A stretch of 64,000 bases of DNA. Origin: Vulcanimicrobiota bacterium (lineage in GTDB: Bacteria > Vulcanimicrobiota > Vulcanimicrobiia > Vulcanimicrobiales > Vulcanimicrobiaceae). A program made the translations under genes and the position numbers. This document shows, piece after piece, positions 38,097 through 47,878 of the stretch. Every line of letters begins with the position of its first letter. Position 1 is the stretch's first letter. The notes beneath the pieces are model-generated. The model made no database searches and was not told the origin of the DNA. It worked only from the letters and a program-made list of their open reading frames with translations. Location: the NCBI GenBank assembly GCA_963777315.1, contig CAVZQC010000003.1:32001-96000 (forward strand). Reading direction: 5' to 3'.

Positions 38097-38579
38097 ATGT
38101 GGGACCACGGCGTACTGATCGAGTCGGCTCGCATCGACTTCGCGCAGGGAATCGTCGCCGGACTCTGCGGCGGGTTCGCCATGGCAATCGCCATGGCCGT
38201 ACTGAGCGTCGCCGTCGGACAAGGACCGTGGCAGATGCCCAAACGTTTGGCGGGCGTGCTGATCGGCCCGGGTGCAAAAGACGGCGGACCGGGCGTCATC
38301 GCTTTGGGATTTGCGATTCACTTGGTGCTGTCGGCCGGTTTCGGCGCGCTGTTCACGCTGCTGGTCAACCGCCTCACCCACGAATTTTGGCTCACGGGCG
38401 TTGCATACGCTCTGACGCTGTGGGTGCTCAATTATTGGGGCTCGCAGTTCACTCCGGGCGGGCGGGAACTCACCGAACTCAAAACGTCTTGGCTCAGTCC
38501 GCTGGCGCATATCGTGTACGGCGGGGTGATGGCGGGTGTGGCGATCGTATTCGCCGCCTCGGCGATGCACTCGGGATAA
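38097..38579 (+). CDS. Four-TM hypothetical membrane protein with two intramembrane His
   Basis: GFAIHLVLS and LAHIVYG within hydrophobic helices. Confidence 0.7.
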   Translation: MWDHGVLIESARIDFAQGIVAGLCGGFAMAIAMAVLSVAVGQGPWQMPKRLAGVLIGPGAKDGGPGVIALGFAIHLVLSAGFGALFTLLVNRLTHEFWLTGVAYALTLWVLNYWGSQFTPGGRELTELKTSWLSPLAHIVYGGVMAGVAIVFAASAMHSG

Positions 38580-38584
38580 GGCGA

Positions 38585-38782
38585 ATGCATTATCCAAAGC
38601 ACGAACTCGTCGAAAAGCTCGGTGAGCCGGCCGAAGAGAACGTTCGTCCGCATCTGAGCGAGCCGGGCAAACCGATGAACGTTTTGCGCTGGGATTGCGG
38701 ATGCGGAGCAACCAAGTTGCGCGATGAACCGCTATGGGAATGGGACGTCTGCGAACGGCATGCAAAAGAGCGGCCTGGTTAA
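38585..38782 (+). CDS. Small 65-aa protein with possible Zn site (H..WDCGC..CxxH)
   Basis: ATG 5 bp after the previous stop; Cys/His cluster. Confidence 0.6.
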   Translation: MHYPKHELVEKLGEPAEENVRPHLSEPGKPMNVLRWDCGCGATKLRDEPLWEWDVCERHAKERPG

Positions 38783-38807
38783 CGGGCCGCTCTTGTACTC
38801 GGTAGCG

Positions 38808-39302
38808 CTAGGCTTTCTTTTTGCGGCCGCCCTTGCGGCGTCCGCCGGCGCTCTTGCGCCCGCCTTTACGGCCGGCTGCAGCTTTGCGCGTCGATTTGCG
38901 TCCGCCTTTGCGTGCGCTGGATTTCTTGCGTCCGCCCTTCTTGCGTCCGCCGGTCGACTTCTTGCGTCCGGAAGATTTCTTGCGTCCGCCGGTCGATTTT
39001 TTGCGTCCGGAAGATTTCTTGCGTCCGCCGGTCGATTTCTTGCGTCCCGAAGATTTCTTGCGTCCGTTGCTTTTCTTGCGTCCGCCGGTCGATTTCTTGC
39101 GTCCACCCGTCGACTTCTTGCGTCCGCCGCCCGACGATTTACGTCCGCCTTTGCGTCCGGCCGCTTTACGCGCGGTGCTCTTGCGGCCGCCGGCCGATTT
39201 TCGGCCGTTCGATTTCTTACGGCCGCCCTTGCGGCGACCGCCTCGGCGTGACGAGCCTTCGTCGCCCATCGTTCCGCCGTTTTCCATCATGTCGGAATCC
39301 AT
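38808..39302 (-). CDS. Highly basic K/R/G/S repeat protein, histone-H1/protamine-like
   Basis: GGGAGG RBS before ATG; acidic 15-aa head, then RKKSTGG x5, RKKSSG x3 and variants, with no acidic residues. Confidence 0.85.
   Translation of the reverse strand: MDSDMMENGGTMGDEGSSRRGGRRKGGRKKSNGRKSAGGRKSTARKAAGRKGGRKSSGGGRKKSTGGRKKSTGGRKKSNGRKKSSGRKKSTGGRKKSSGRKKSTGGRKKSSGRKKSTGGRKKGGRKKSSARKGGRKSTRKAAAGRKGGRKSAGGRRKGGRKKKA
38921..39130. repeat. Intragenic tandem repeat of 21-bp and 18-bp units
   Basis: tttcttgcgtccgccggtcga and tttcttgcgtccggaaga units; all lengths are multiples of 3. Confidence 0.9.
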
Positions 39303-39383
39303 TCATTCCTCCCTTCGTCCCCGGGGACGAACTTGAGATGTTGGACAGCGCAATATAGCGCTTTGTGCGCATCATAAGGAATT

Positions 39384-39400
39384 TTTGCAATAATTGCAAA
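39384..39400. promoter_or_regulatory. 7-3-7 inverted repeat in the divergent intergenic region
   Basis: TTTGCAA-TAA-TTGCAAA in an AT-rich patch. Confidence 0.5.
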
Positions 39401-39469
39401 TCGGCTCGGTTTCGCGTTGCGCGCGCGGGCGAATTGCCTCATTTATATAGCGCGCGAACGGGGCGCGAT

Positions 39470-39499
39470 TTGCCGGGGGGTTGACCCCGGCGGTATACT
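39470..39499 (+). promoter_or_regulatory. Probable topA promoter (leaderless)
   Basis: TTGCCG-18-TATACT, ending 7 nt before the GTG start. Confidence 0.6.
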
Positions 39500-39506
39500 A
39501 GGGCGC

Positions 39507-41642
39507 GTGAAAAAGCCCCTGATCATCGTGGAGTCTCCCACCAAGGCGCGAACGATTAAAAAGTTCTTGCCCGCGCGCTTTGCGGTCAAGGCGTCCGTGG
39601 GGCACGTGCGCGATTTGCCCAAGAGCACGCTCGGAGTCGACGTGGAGCACGGTTTCGCGCCGAAATATCTGACGATTAAGGGCAAGGGCGACATCATCAA
39701 GGATCTCAAATCCGCGGTGAAGGGCGCGAGCGACGTGTATCTGGCGACCGACCCGGATCGTGAAGGCGAGGCCATCGCGTGGCATCTGGCGCAGTTGCTC
39801 AAACTCGAAGAGCCCAAGCGAATCGAGCTGCACGAGATCACCAAAGAGGCCGCCTTGGCCGCCATCAGGGAGCCGCACCGGATCGACATCGACCGCGTGA
39901 ACGCACAGCAGGCGCGCCGAATTTTGGATCGCCTGGTCGGCTATAAAATCTCGCCGCTGCTCTGGGCCAAGGTTCGCGGCGGCCTTTCCGCCGGCCGGGT
40001 GCAATCCGTCGCCGTTCGCCTGATCGTCGATCGCGAACGCGAAATCCAAGCCTTCGTCACGCGGGAATACTGGTCGATCGCCGCGCTGCTCTCGTCCGCC
40101 GGCGAGCCCGGCTTGACGTTTTCCGCCGAGTTGCTCCTGCGCGACGGCGAGAAAATCGCCGTGGAAAATCAGGCTCAGGCCGATGCCGTCTTGAGCGATT
40201 TGCGCGGCGCCGCCTACGAGGTCGCGTCGATCAAGCAGCGCGAGGTGCGCCGCCATCCGACCGCGCCGTTCACCACGTCGACGCTTCAGCAGGAGGCTTC
40301 GCGCAAACTCAAGCTGCGGGTGCGGCGCACGATGCAAATCGCTCAGGCGTTGTACGAGGGCGTCGATTTGGGCGCTGAGGGCACGGTCGGCCTCATCACC
40401 TACATGCGCACCGACTCAACGCGCATTTCGGATCAGGCGCGGGAAGCAGCCCGCGAGTACATCACCCAAACGTACGGTCAAGCTTATCACGGCGGCCGGG
40501 CGCACAAAATTCGCGAGGGCGCGCAGGACGCCCATGAAGCGATTCGGCCCACCTCCGTCGCGCACACGCCCGAAAGCATGGCGGGAATACTCAAACGCGA
40601 CGAACTGCGGCTCTACACGCTGATCTGGAATCGCTTCGTCGCATCCCAAATGTCCGCTGCGGTTTTCGACCAAACCACCGTCGACGTTCGGGCAGGCGCC
40701 TACACGTTCCGCGCCACCGGCAGCGTGGTAAAATTCCCCGGCTTTACCAAGATCTATGAAGAAGGCCGGGACGATTCGGAGGCCGCGCTTGCGACCAAGA
40801 GCGAGGAAGAAAAAAAGCGGCTGCCCAAACTCGAACAGCACGAAGTGCTCGATTTGCGCAAGCTCGAACCCAAACAGCATTTCACCGAGCCGCCGCCCAG
40901 GTACAGCGAAGCCACGCTGGTCAAAGCGCTCGAAGACAATCGCATCGGACGCCCTTCCACGTACAGCACGATCGTCGAAACGATTCAGGCGCGCGGCTAC
41001 GTCGTGCAAGTCGAACGGCGTTTCCAGCCCACCGACATCGGCGCGGCGGTGAACGATCTGCTCGCCGAGCACTTTCCCGACGTAGTCGATTTGAGCTTTA
41101 CCGCGCAAATGGAAGGCGATCTCGATAAAGTAGCCGTCGGCGGGGAGAATTGGGTCAAACTGCTCGATCGTTTCTACGGACCGTTCGTCGTGGAACTCGA
41201 ACAGGCCGAGAAAAAACTGCCTCGCTTGGAGATTCGCGACGAGCCCACCGACGAGATCTGCCCCAATTGCGAGCGGCCGATGGTCATCAAGACCGGGCGC
41301 TTCGGGAGGTTCATCTCCTGCACCGGCTATCCGGAATGTAAGACGACGCGGCCGATTCTCAAAGACACCGGCGCAAAATGTCCCAAAGACGAGGGCATGA
41401 TCGTCGAACGCAAGTCGAAGAAGGGCCGCACGTTTTACGGCTGCGCCAATTATCCCAAGTGCGACTTCGTTTCGTGGGATCGCGTCGTGCCGCAGCGCTG
41501 CCCGGTTTGCGGTTCGCACGTCGTGGCCAAGACGCGCCGCGGCGGCGCGACGGCGCTCGAGTGCAGCGCGCATAGAGACCACGACGTGAGCAGCATCTCG
41601 GCCGGCGTCACGGAAGAACCGATGGAAGCCGTGTCTCCCTAA
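39507..41642 (+). CDS. topA: DNA topoisomerase I
   Basis: IVESPTKA, ATDPDREGE, SAGRVQS, ITYMRTDS and C-terminal Zn ribbons. Confidence 0.98.
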   Translation: MKKPLIIVESPTKARTIKKFLPARFAVKASVGHVRDLPKSTLGVDVEHGFAPKYLTIKGKGDIIKDLKSAVKGASDVYLATDPDREGEAIAWHLAQLLKLEEPKRIELHEITKEAALAAIREPHRIDIDRVNAQQARRILDRLVGYKISPLLWAKVRGGLSAGRVQSVAVRLIVDREREIQAFVTREYWSIAALLSSAGEPGLTFSAELLLRDGEKIAVENQAQADAVLSDLRGAAYEVASIKQREVRRHPTAPFTTSTLQQEASRKLKLRVRRTMQIAQALYEGVDLGAEGTVGLITYMRTDSTRISDQAREAAREYITQTYGQAYHGGRAHKIREGAQDAHEAIRPTSVAHTPESMAGILKRDELRLYTLIWNRFVASQMSAAVFDQTTVDVRAGAYTFRATGSVVKFPGFTKIYEEGRDDSEAALATKSEEEKKRLPKLEQHEVLDLRKLEPKQHFTEPPPRYSEATLVKALEDNRIGRPSTYSTIVETIQARGYVVQVERRFQPTDIGAAVNDLLAEHFPDVVDLSFTAQMEGDLDKVAVGGENWVKLLDRFYGPFVVELEQAEKKLPRLEIRDEPTDEICPNCERPMVIKTGRFGRFISCTGYPECKTTRPILKDTGAKCPKDEGMIVERKSKKGRTFYGCANYPKCDFVSWDRVVPQRCPVCGSHVVAKTRRGGATALECSAHRDHDVSSISAGVTEEPMEAVSP

Positions 41643-41649
41643 GCGCGCC

Positions 41650-43017
41650 TTGCCGTCCGACACCGGTACCCTAACGGTCATCGGCGCGGGCCTTGCCGGC
41701 TGCGAGGCAGCGTGGCAAGCCGCACAGCTCGGCGTCTACGTCGATCTCTACGAAATGCGTCCGCTTCGCAGCGGGCCGGCACATAAAACGGCACATTTGG
41801 CCGAATTGGTTTGCAGCAATTCGCTGCGCGGCGCGGCGCTTGAAAATGCCGTCGGTTTGCTCAAAGAAGAGCTCGCGCTGCTGGACTCGGTTATCATTGC
41901 CTGCGCGCGCGCGAGCGCCGTTCCGGCGGGCGGAGCGCTCGCCGTGGATCGCGACCTTTTCGCGCAAGCGGTGGAACGGCGCATCGGCGAGCACCCGCGC
42001 ATTGCGCTGCACCGGCAAGAAGTCCGAGGGGTTCCGCTCGATCGCACCGTCATCGTCGCGTGCGGTCCGCTGCCTTCGCAAGAACTGCTGGGGTCGATCG
42101 ATGCATTGCTGGAGCGATCGCATGGTGCTCGTCTGCACTACTATGATGCAGCCTCGCCGATCGTTGCGGCCGACTCCATCGACGAAACGCCGATGTATCG
42201 CAAATCCCGGTACGAAAAGGGCGACGGCGACGACTACCTCAACATCCCGCTGAGCCAATCGCAGTATCTGGAACTGATCGCCGATTTGCGCACGCTCGCT
42301 CGTCACCAGCCCAAAGGCTTCGAAGATGCGGGGACGAGCCCGACGCCCTACTTTGAAGGATGCCTGCCGATTGAAGAGATGGCGGATCGCGGCGACGACG
42401 TTCTGCGTTTCGGCCCGCTCAAGCCCGTGGGGCTGCGCGATCCTCGCACCGGTAAGACGCCGTATGCGGTCGTGCAATTGCGCAAGGAAAACTCGCTCGG
42501 GACGGCCTTCAACCTCGTGGGGTTTCAAACGCGGCTGACGTGGCCTGCGCAAAAACAAGCTTTTGGCAAGTTTCCGGGATTGCAGCACGCCGAGTGGCTG
42601 CGTCTGGGCGTCATGCACCGCAACACGTTTCTGGACTCACCGCGTTTGCTCGATTCGCATCTGCAGTTGCGCGCGGCCGGCGGTTTGTATTTTGCAGGAC
42701 AAATCACGGGCGCGGAAGGCTACGTTGAAGCCGCAGCGTGCGGAGCGATGACCGGAATTCATGCAGCGCGCCGGATGCTGGGGTTACCGCCGCTCGATTT
42801 TCCGCGAGAATCCGCGCTGGGCGCCGTCGTCGCGCATCTGCAGAACACGCAAACCGCCGATTTCCAACCCGCGAACGTAACGTGGGCGCCGTTCCCGCCC
42901 TTAGACAACGCGGTGCGTGACAAGAAAGAGCGGCGCAGGCTTCTGGCAGCCCGTGCACTGGCGAGCATTCGCGCGTTCCGCGCGGCCATGCCGGCTCCAG
43001 CAGCTGCGCTTGGGTAG
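41650..43017 (+). CDS. trmFO: tRNA m5U54 methyltransferase, FAD/folate dependent
   Basis: GAGLAGCEAA, ELVCSNS, FGPLKPVGL, GVMHRNTF and AGQITG.EGY. Confidence 0.97.
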   Translation: MPSDTGTLTVIGAGLAGCEAAWQAAQLGVYVDLYEMRPLRSGPAHKTAHLAELVCSNSLRGAALENAVGLLKEELALLDSVIIACARASAVPAGGALAVDRDLFAQAVERRIGEHPRIALHRQEVRGVPLDRTVIVACGPLPSQELLGSIDALLERSHGARLHYYDAASPIVAADSIDETPMYRKSRYEKGDGDDYLNIPLSQSQYLELIADLRTLARHQPKGFEDAGTSPTPYFEGCLPIEEMADRGDDVLRFGPLKPVGLRDPRTGKTPYAVVQLRKENSLGTAFNLVGFQTRLTWPAQKQAFGKFPGLQHAEWLRLGVMHRNTFLDSPRLLDSHLQLRAAGGLYFAGQITGAEGYVEAAACGAMTGIHAARRMLGLPPLDFPRESALGAVVAHLQNTQTADFQPANVTWAPFPPLDNAVRDKKERRRLLAARALASIRAFRAAMPAPAAALG

Positions 43018-43198
43018 CCACCGCTACGATTCGTCCGCATCGCACGATATAGAAGCGGAAAGGTCGCCCGCGATAAAGCGGGTAACACTACTCTAGCACC
43101 GTTGGTGGATGCGTGGAGGCGTCCGAAACACGGTCAGAACGCGGCCGCCGCCATCGACGTTGCTTTTTTCCCGGCCTGTTCTGTGGAGGGACGATCTT

Positions 43199-46100
43199 AT
43201 GGGTAGTCTGCGACGGCACGCCGCTGCGATGCGCGCCGTTTTTACGCTTCTCCTTTTATCGAGTTTCATTGCATCGTCGGCGGGCATGGCGCTGGCGAGC
43301 ACCGTCGGCGTAATTAGCGGAACGGTCACCGATACGGCGACGCACCAACCGTTATCCAACGTAAGGGTGACGGCGGCATCTCCGTCGGGATCATACAGAG
43401 CCACGACCGACGCGCACGGCTTTTATTCACTAACCGGCGTCTACGCCGACACGTATACCGTTTCGTTTCAACTTCCGGGATATCAACCAACGTCAACTCC
43501 GGGAGTCACGGCCTTCGCCGATCAGGCGATCACCTTGAACCAACAGCTGAACAAGTCACTGAAGGTGATTGCCACAGTTCGTTCGACCGGTGCGGGCAGC
43601 GCTTTCCATCCCTCGCAGACCGTCGACACGGTCAGCATCGGGTCCCAACAGATCCAACAGTTCCAGGGTACTTCGTTCAACTTTGATGAGGTCAACATCA
43701 TCTCGTCGTTGCCGGGCGCCGAACTGGACTCGTCAGGTTATCCGGTGATACACGGTGGCCGTGAATATGAGGAAGGCTTCGAATTCGAAGGCATTCCGTA
43801 CACGGATGCGTACTCGAACCAGTTCACCAACAGTTTAGCCGTCACCACGCAAGGCATAAGCTCGGTGCAGCTGACGCCCGGCGGCGGCGACATCACGCAG
43901 ACGTCCGGCGGGTTCGGTGCACTCAACGTGGTTGCCAAACGCGGCTCCTACCCCGCGTACGCGCAGTTCGGCCTGTCCGTAGGCGGGCCTGGGTTCGATC
44001 ACCGCGCCACGATCGATTATAGCTTCGCAACGCCGGATGGCCGGTTTTCGAACTATGCGTCGTTCGCCGGCGACAATCGCACCTACAATTACGGCAACAA
44101 CGGCTATCCCTACGCGCAGATCAGTCGTTTCTACAGCCGGCGTATGGACGCAGATCGCGAGTTTCAGGACAACTTCGTCTTCCGCTTCGGCAAAAACAAC
44201 CACGAGTCGATTCAGGCGTTCACCGACATCGCAATGCACAGCTTCTATGAGGGTGCGGGCGGTATGGGCGGGTTGTGTTATGCCAGCTGCGACTACGCGT
44301 ACCTGCACACATGGAACGGTCTGTTGAACCTAATCCCGCAGATTACACCAGGGCAGATTGCGGCAATCTCTCAATTGTATCCGGGGCAGAGCTCGACGTA
44401 CGAGTATCTTTCTTGTCCGGTGCCTTCCGGTTTGCCGCCGCCGGGGATCGCGCCCGGCACCGCATTCACGTGCGATGGCAGCAATCGCGCTCCATTTACC
44501 TACTGGCAACCGAATCAGGCGTTTAAACTGGAATACACCAACAATCTCAATGAATCGACGTTCTTGTCGGTCTTAGGATACCGCGTGAATTCGGTTACCA
44601 CGTTTGATGGCCCATCCGCCGAAGGCAGCATCAACAACGATATTTACATTGCCTCACAAGGCGGCATGACGAACGGCGTCACGGTTTCCTTGCAGAAGCA
44701 GCTCAGCAGCAAGAATCTGATGCAGGCCGGATTCGATATCAGCCATCTGCACCCAATCGATGCGTATCTGTCCGATTCGTTTTCCCTTTACGGGTCGTTG
44801 CTTGGTCTTCTGAACGGCTTCACGGAACAGTACTTCTTACCGTCGCAGTTCGTAAACCCGAACGATCCGAACTGTCAAAATCCTTTCTCGGCCGCAAATG
44901 GGTTCAACGCGACGGCCAGTGGTTGCGGATGGGCGTACCAAGGACCTTACGCAAATGCGACGCAGCTCAAGTTTCCACAATTCGATCAGGTTTCCACTGT
45001 CGACCGGCAAGACTACTCGGCATACGTAAGTGACAAGTGGACGCCCAACGACCGGCTCAACGTGCAGGCCGGCCTGCGGCTCGACATGGCGACGTACCGG
45101 CTTCCCGCGCCGAGTATCGATCCCACCTACTGCACGACCACGTACTTGCCCATAACTTGGGTCGCGCCGACCACGTTCAATGCAGCCGATGGTTGGAAGT
45201 GCAACGCGCAAGCCACGTTCTCGTTCGACAATAACGCGGTCAAACCGAAGGTGTTCGAGCCTCAACTCGGCATCAGCTACCGTCTGGGGGAAGACTCGTC
45301 GTTACGGTTGACGTACCGCAAGGCGGTGCAGTTCGTCCCAATCTCCGACGTTGACTTCGGTGAAATCGACGCCCCTGCATATCTGAAGCCCTGGGGCATG
45401 ATTCCGGCGTACGAACCGTTTGGGCCGGGTACGAGTAGCTGCGGAATACCGGGTACTGCGCAGCAACCCGCGTCGGGCCAAACGTCGCCGGCGAACCTCG
45501 CAGTTACCTGCCGGAACTTCGGTGAGCAACTGTTCTGGATCAATCAGAACTTCGACGGCATTGCTTATCAGACGGCACGGCCGACGACCTCCGACAACTA
45601 CGAGCTCACTTTCTCGCACCAATTTACTAAAGGCGCGCTCGACGGTGTGTCGTTCAGTCTCTCGCCGTGGTATCGTAAGCAGCACGACACGGTCGCTTCG
45701 GAGGCATCACCGCTCATCGGGTCCAACGGGCAACCGATCGTCGCAAACGGCACGATCCTCTTTGGACCTCCGGTTTTGACGAACGAAGGCCGCGAATTCG
45801 CAGACGGCATCGACTTCAACCTTACGCGTGAAGTTCCGTACGGCCTGAGCGCTCAACTTACGGCAACGTACATCAACGAGTTCTCCAGCGTGATACCGCT
45901 GAGCAGTTCGGAGGATTTTTATCCCACAATTCAGCCTGCCTCGATCGCGCTCGGGAACACCTATCGCGTCGGCTTCCTCTCGCCGTTCCAGAGCACGCTT
46001 GCGCTTTCGTACCGCACGCACAGCGGCTGGAGAATCAACCCGCGGTACACGTACAATATCGGCTACCCCACGGGGCTAGGATTGCTGACCGCCGCGTACG

Positions 46101-46591
46101 TGAACGGCGTTGCTTACAACGTTCCGAACACGAACGCGGTAGCCGGAAGTTCGCCCGCGGGCCCGTCGTGTTATGTTGACCCGATGAACCCCGGGACATT
46201 CTTCAGTCCCAACACGGTAGGATGCAGCGGAGCGTCGGAAACGTCGTCTCCAGGCGGCAAATTAACTCCGCCCACTTCAAATACGGACATAACGATCGAG
46301 TACAGTCCTCCGTCGTCGAAGTTGACGTTTGGCGTGAACGTTGACAACGTCTTCAACCAAATCTACTACGGTCCGCAGTACAGCGCCCGGTATCAACCGC
46401 TTGCGACCGGTATCGCAGGTCCCCTGACGGGCCAGTCGACAAGCAGCATTAATTACGAGCAGGGAGGCTATTACACGTATCCGTCGGCATGGCCGCAGTA
46501 CGGCTCGTTCATCAAATCAAGTGGTCCGTTCGTGAACTTACCGTCGGAAATCGGCCGCTCTTTCTACTTCTACATCCAAGCGAGGCTCTAG
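43199..46591 (+). CDS. TonB-dependent receptor-like outer-membrane protein with N-terminal carboxypeptidase-regulatory-like domain
   Basis: GGAGG RBS; signal peptide; ISGTVTD..TDAHGFYSL; plug IHGGR..EGIP; AYVSDKW..AGLRLD; VDNVFN; ends FYFYIQARL. Confidence 0.88.
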   Translation: MGSLRRHAAAMRAVFTLLLLSSFIASSAGMALASTVGVISGTVTDTATHQPLSNVRVTAASPSGSYRATTDAHGFYSLTGVYADTYTVSFQLPGYQPTSTPGVTAFADQAITLNQQLNKSLKVIATVRSTGAGSAFHPSQTVDTVSIGSQQIQQFQGTSFNFDEVNIISSLPGAELDSSGYPVIHGGREYEEGFEFEGIPYTDAYSNQFTNSLAVTTQGISSVQLTPGGGDITQTSGGFGALNVVAKRGSYPAYAQFGLSVGGPGFDHRATIDYSFATPDGRFSNYASFAGDNRTYNYGNNGYPYAQISRFYSRRMDADREFQDNFVFRFGKNNHESIQAFTDIAMHSFYEGAGGMGGLCYASCDYAYLHTWNGLLNLIPQITPGQIAAISQLYPGQSSTYEYLSCPVPSGLPPPGIAPGTAFTCDGSNRAPFTYWQPNQAFKLEYTNNLNESTFLSVLGYRVNSVTTFDGPSAEGSINNDIYIASQGGMTNGVTVSLQKQLSSKNLMQAGFDISHLHPIDAYLSDSFSLYGSLLGLLNGFTEQYFLPSQFVNPNDPNCQNPFSAANGFNATASGCGWAYQGPYANATQLKFPQFDQVSTVDRQDYSAYVSDKWTPNDRLNVQAGLRLDMATYRLPAPSIDPTYCTTTYLPITWVAPTTFNAADGWKCNAQATFSFDNNAVKPKVFEPQLGISYRLGEDSSLRLTYRKAVQFVPISDVDFGEIDAPAYLKPWGMIPAYEPFGPGTSSCGIPGTAQQPASGQTSPANLAVTCRNFGEQLFWINQNFDGIAYQTARPTTSDNYELTFSHQFTKGALDGVSFSLSPWYRKQHDTVASEASPLIGSNGQPIVANGTILFGPPVLTNEGREFADGIDFNLTREVPYGLSAQLTATYINEFSSVIPLSSSEDFYPTIQPASIALGNTYRVGFLSPFQSTLALSYRTHSGWRINPRYTYNIGYPTGLGLLTAAYVNGVAYNVPNTNAVAGSSPAGPSCYVDPMNPGTFFSPNTVGCSGASETSSPGGKLTPPTSNTDITIEYSPPSSKLTFGVNVDNVFNQIYYGPQYSARYQPLATGIAGPLTGQSTSSINYEQGGYYTYPSAWPQYGSFIKSSGPFVNLPSEIGRSFYFYIQARL

Positions 46592-46592
46592 C

Positions 46593-47807
46593 GTGAAACT
46601 GGAACGTACATTTATTTGCAGGGCCTCTATCCCGGTGGCGGCGGCGCTCCTTGCCGGTTGCGCCGCCAACGGCGCTTCTCAACTGCCATCGGTGACGAAG
46701 GCAAATCTCAGCGCGAACGTTCTCCAGTTCGCCGTTGGAACGGCGAATATCGGGCAAGACGGGGTCGTTGGACTGAACGTCGTCACAACACTGCGCCAAC
46801 CCAGCGGCGCCTCCGCGGTGCTTGCAAATCAACCGACCCTGACGTTTCCCGCCGGCATGCTGGTGCCGGCCGGGACCGTGGGGGCATACGGAGGTGCGAA
46901 TGTTGACGCGGGCACGAACCACGTCAGCGGTTCGCCGCAGGTTCCGCTGAGCAACACGGGATTGATCGATTCGACGCTCGGAACGTTTACCGGTGTGTTC
47001 TCGTACGGGTTCGGGCCGTTCAACTGCGACCAAACGTGTTCATCCACCGGCGGATACTACATCGGCAATCCAAACGGCACGACGGGCAACGGGTTCGATT
47101 ACTCGATCTATGATGGGTCGTCTATCGTTGCAGCGCCGACGAAAGGAGCCGTCGGCGATCCGACGCAGCCGTTGCCGTTTTTTTCAGCGGATCCGATGGA
47201 CTACGTCGTCGGACCGCCGGCAGTGACGAATATCAACAACGGTAAATATCCCGTCGGCTTTGCCGGCTTTCCCGCGGGCTTCACGGCGTTCGAAGTGCCG
47301 CCCGCTACGGGCTCCTACGGTCTCTCGGTGCTCGTCCCGGCAACGAACGTTTCACCCGTGACGTATACCGCCAACGCTACGCTTGCGTCCAAGGTGGTGC
47401 TCGGACCGATTTCCGTGACATTCATTAGTGACGCCAATCACGACGGCGGCGGAACCGGCACTGTTACCGTTCCGGCCGGCGTAACGGAGACCGAAGTGTT
47501 CATCGTGGACCAGCACACGGATCCGGCATCGGGCGCGATCAGCGATTACTTCTATTCGGTTGGACCTCTGACCGGATCCGGTCCGGTAAACTACACGCTT
47601 CCTGCAAATGTTGGGCCTTGTACGACCAATTGTCCGCAGCCGACAATCATCGCGGCGGGCGATCAACTGTACGTGGCGGCAGTGGGCTACGATTACCCGG
47701 CGTTCGAAGCCGGACCGCCGGGAAATACCTCGCAGAAACCGACGATCGCCGGCGCGAATGGACAGGCCGATATCACGTTGTCGAAGATCATTACGCCCAC
47801 GTACTGA
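46593..47807 (+). CDS. Lipoprotein partner of the TonB-dependent receptor
   Basis: Lipobox LLAGC; 1 bp after the receptor stop; G/T/P-rich beta-type sequence. Confidence 0.8.
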   Translation: MKLERTFICRASIPVAAALLAGCAANGASQLPSVTKANLSANVLQFAVGTANIGQDGVVGLNVVTTLRQPSGASAVLANQPTLTFPAGMLVPAGTVGAYGGANVDAGTNHVSGSPQVPLSNTGLIDSTLGTFTGVFSYGFGPFNCDQTCSSTGGYYIGNPNGTTGNGFDYSIYDGSSIVAAPTKGAVGDPTQPLPFFSADPMDYVVGPPAVTNINNGKYPVGFAGFPAGFTAFEVPPATGSYGLSVLVPATNVSPVTYTANATLASKVVLGPISVTFISDANHDGGGTGTVTVPAGVTETEVFIVDQHTDPASGAISDYFYSVGPLTGSGPVNYTLPANVGPCTTNCPQPTIIAAGDQLYVAAVGYDYPAFEAGPPGNTSQKPTIAGANGQADITLSKIITPTY

Positions 47808-47828
47808 TCCAGCCAGCGGAGCGAACGC

Positions 47829-47862
47829 AAAAAAGGGGAGCGGCGAATCCGCTCCCCTCTTT
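47829..47862. terminator. Intrinsic terminator, likely bidirectional
   Basis: Stem AGGGGAGCGG/CCGCTCCCCT with a 5-nt loop, A-run on the left and CTTT on the right, between convergent genes. Confidence 0.85.
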
Positions 47863-47878
47863 ACAGAAGTCCGAGCGG

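Noticed and set aside
36813..38782. 650-aa and 483-aa ORFs overlapping the MFS gene
   Set aside because: GC-rich alternative frames with no motifs; only the last 65 codons of the 483-aa ORF look genuine.
38921..39130. Tandem repeats as a CRISPR array
   Set aside because: Units are contiguous 18/21-bp codon multiples without unique spacers, lie inside an ORF with an RBS, and no cas genes are present.
38724..39358. Plus-strand repeat ORFs (FLASAGR, LRPPVDF, CVRRS)
   Set aside because: Shadow frames of the same repeat; only the minus-strand frame has a strong RBS and fits between its neighbours.
39481..39499. TTGACC as the topA -35 element
   Set aside because: Only 7 bp from TATACT; spacing is incompatible.
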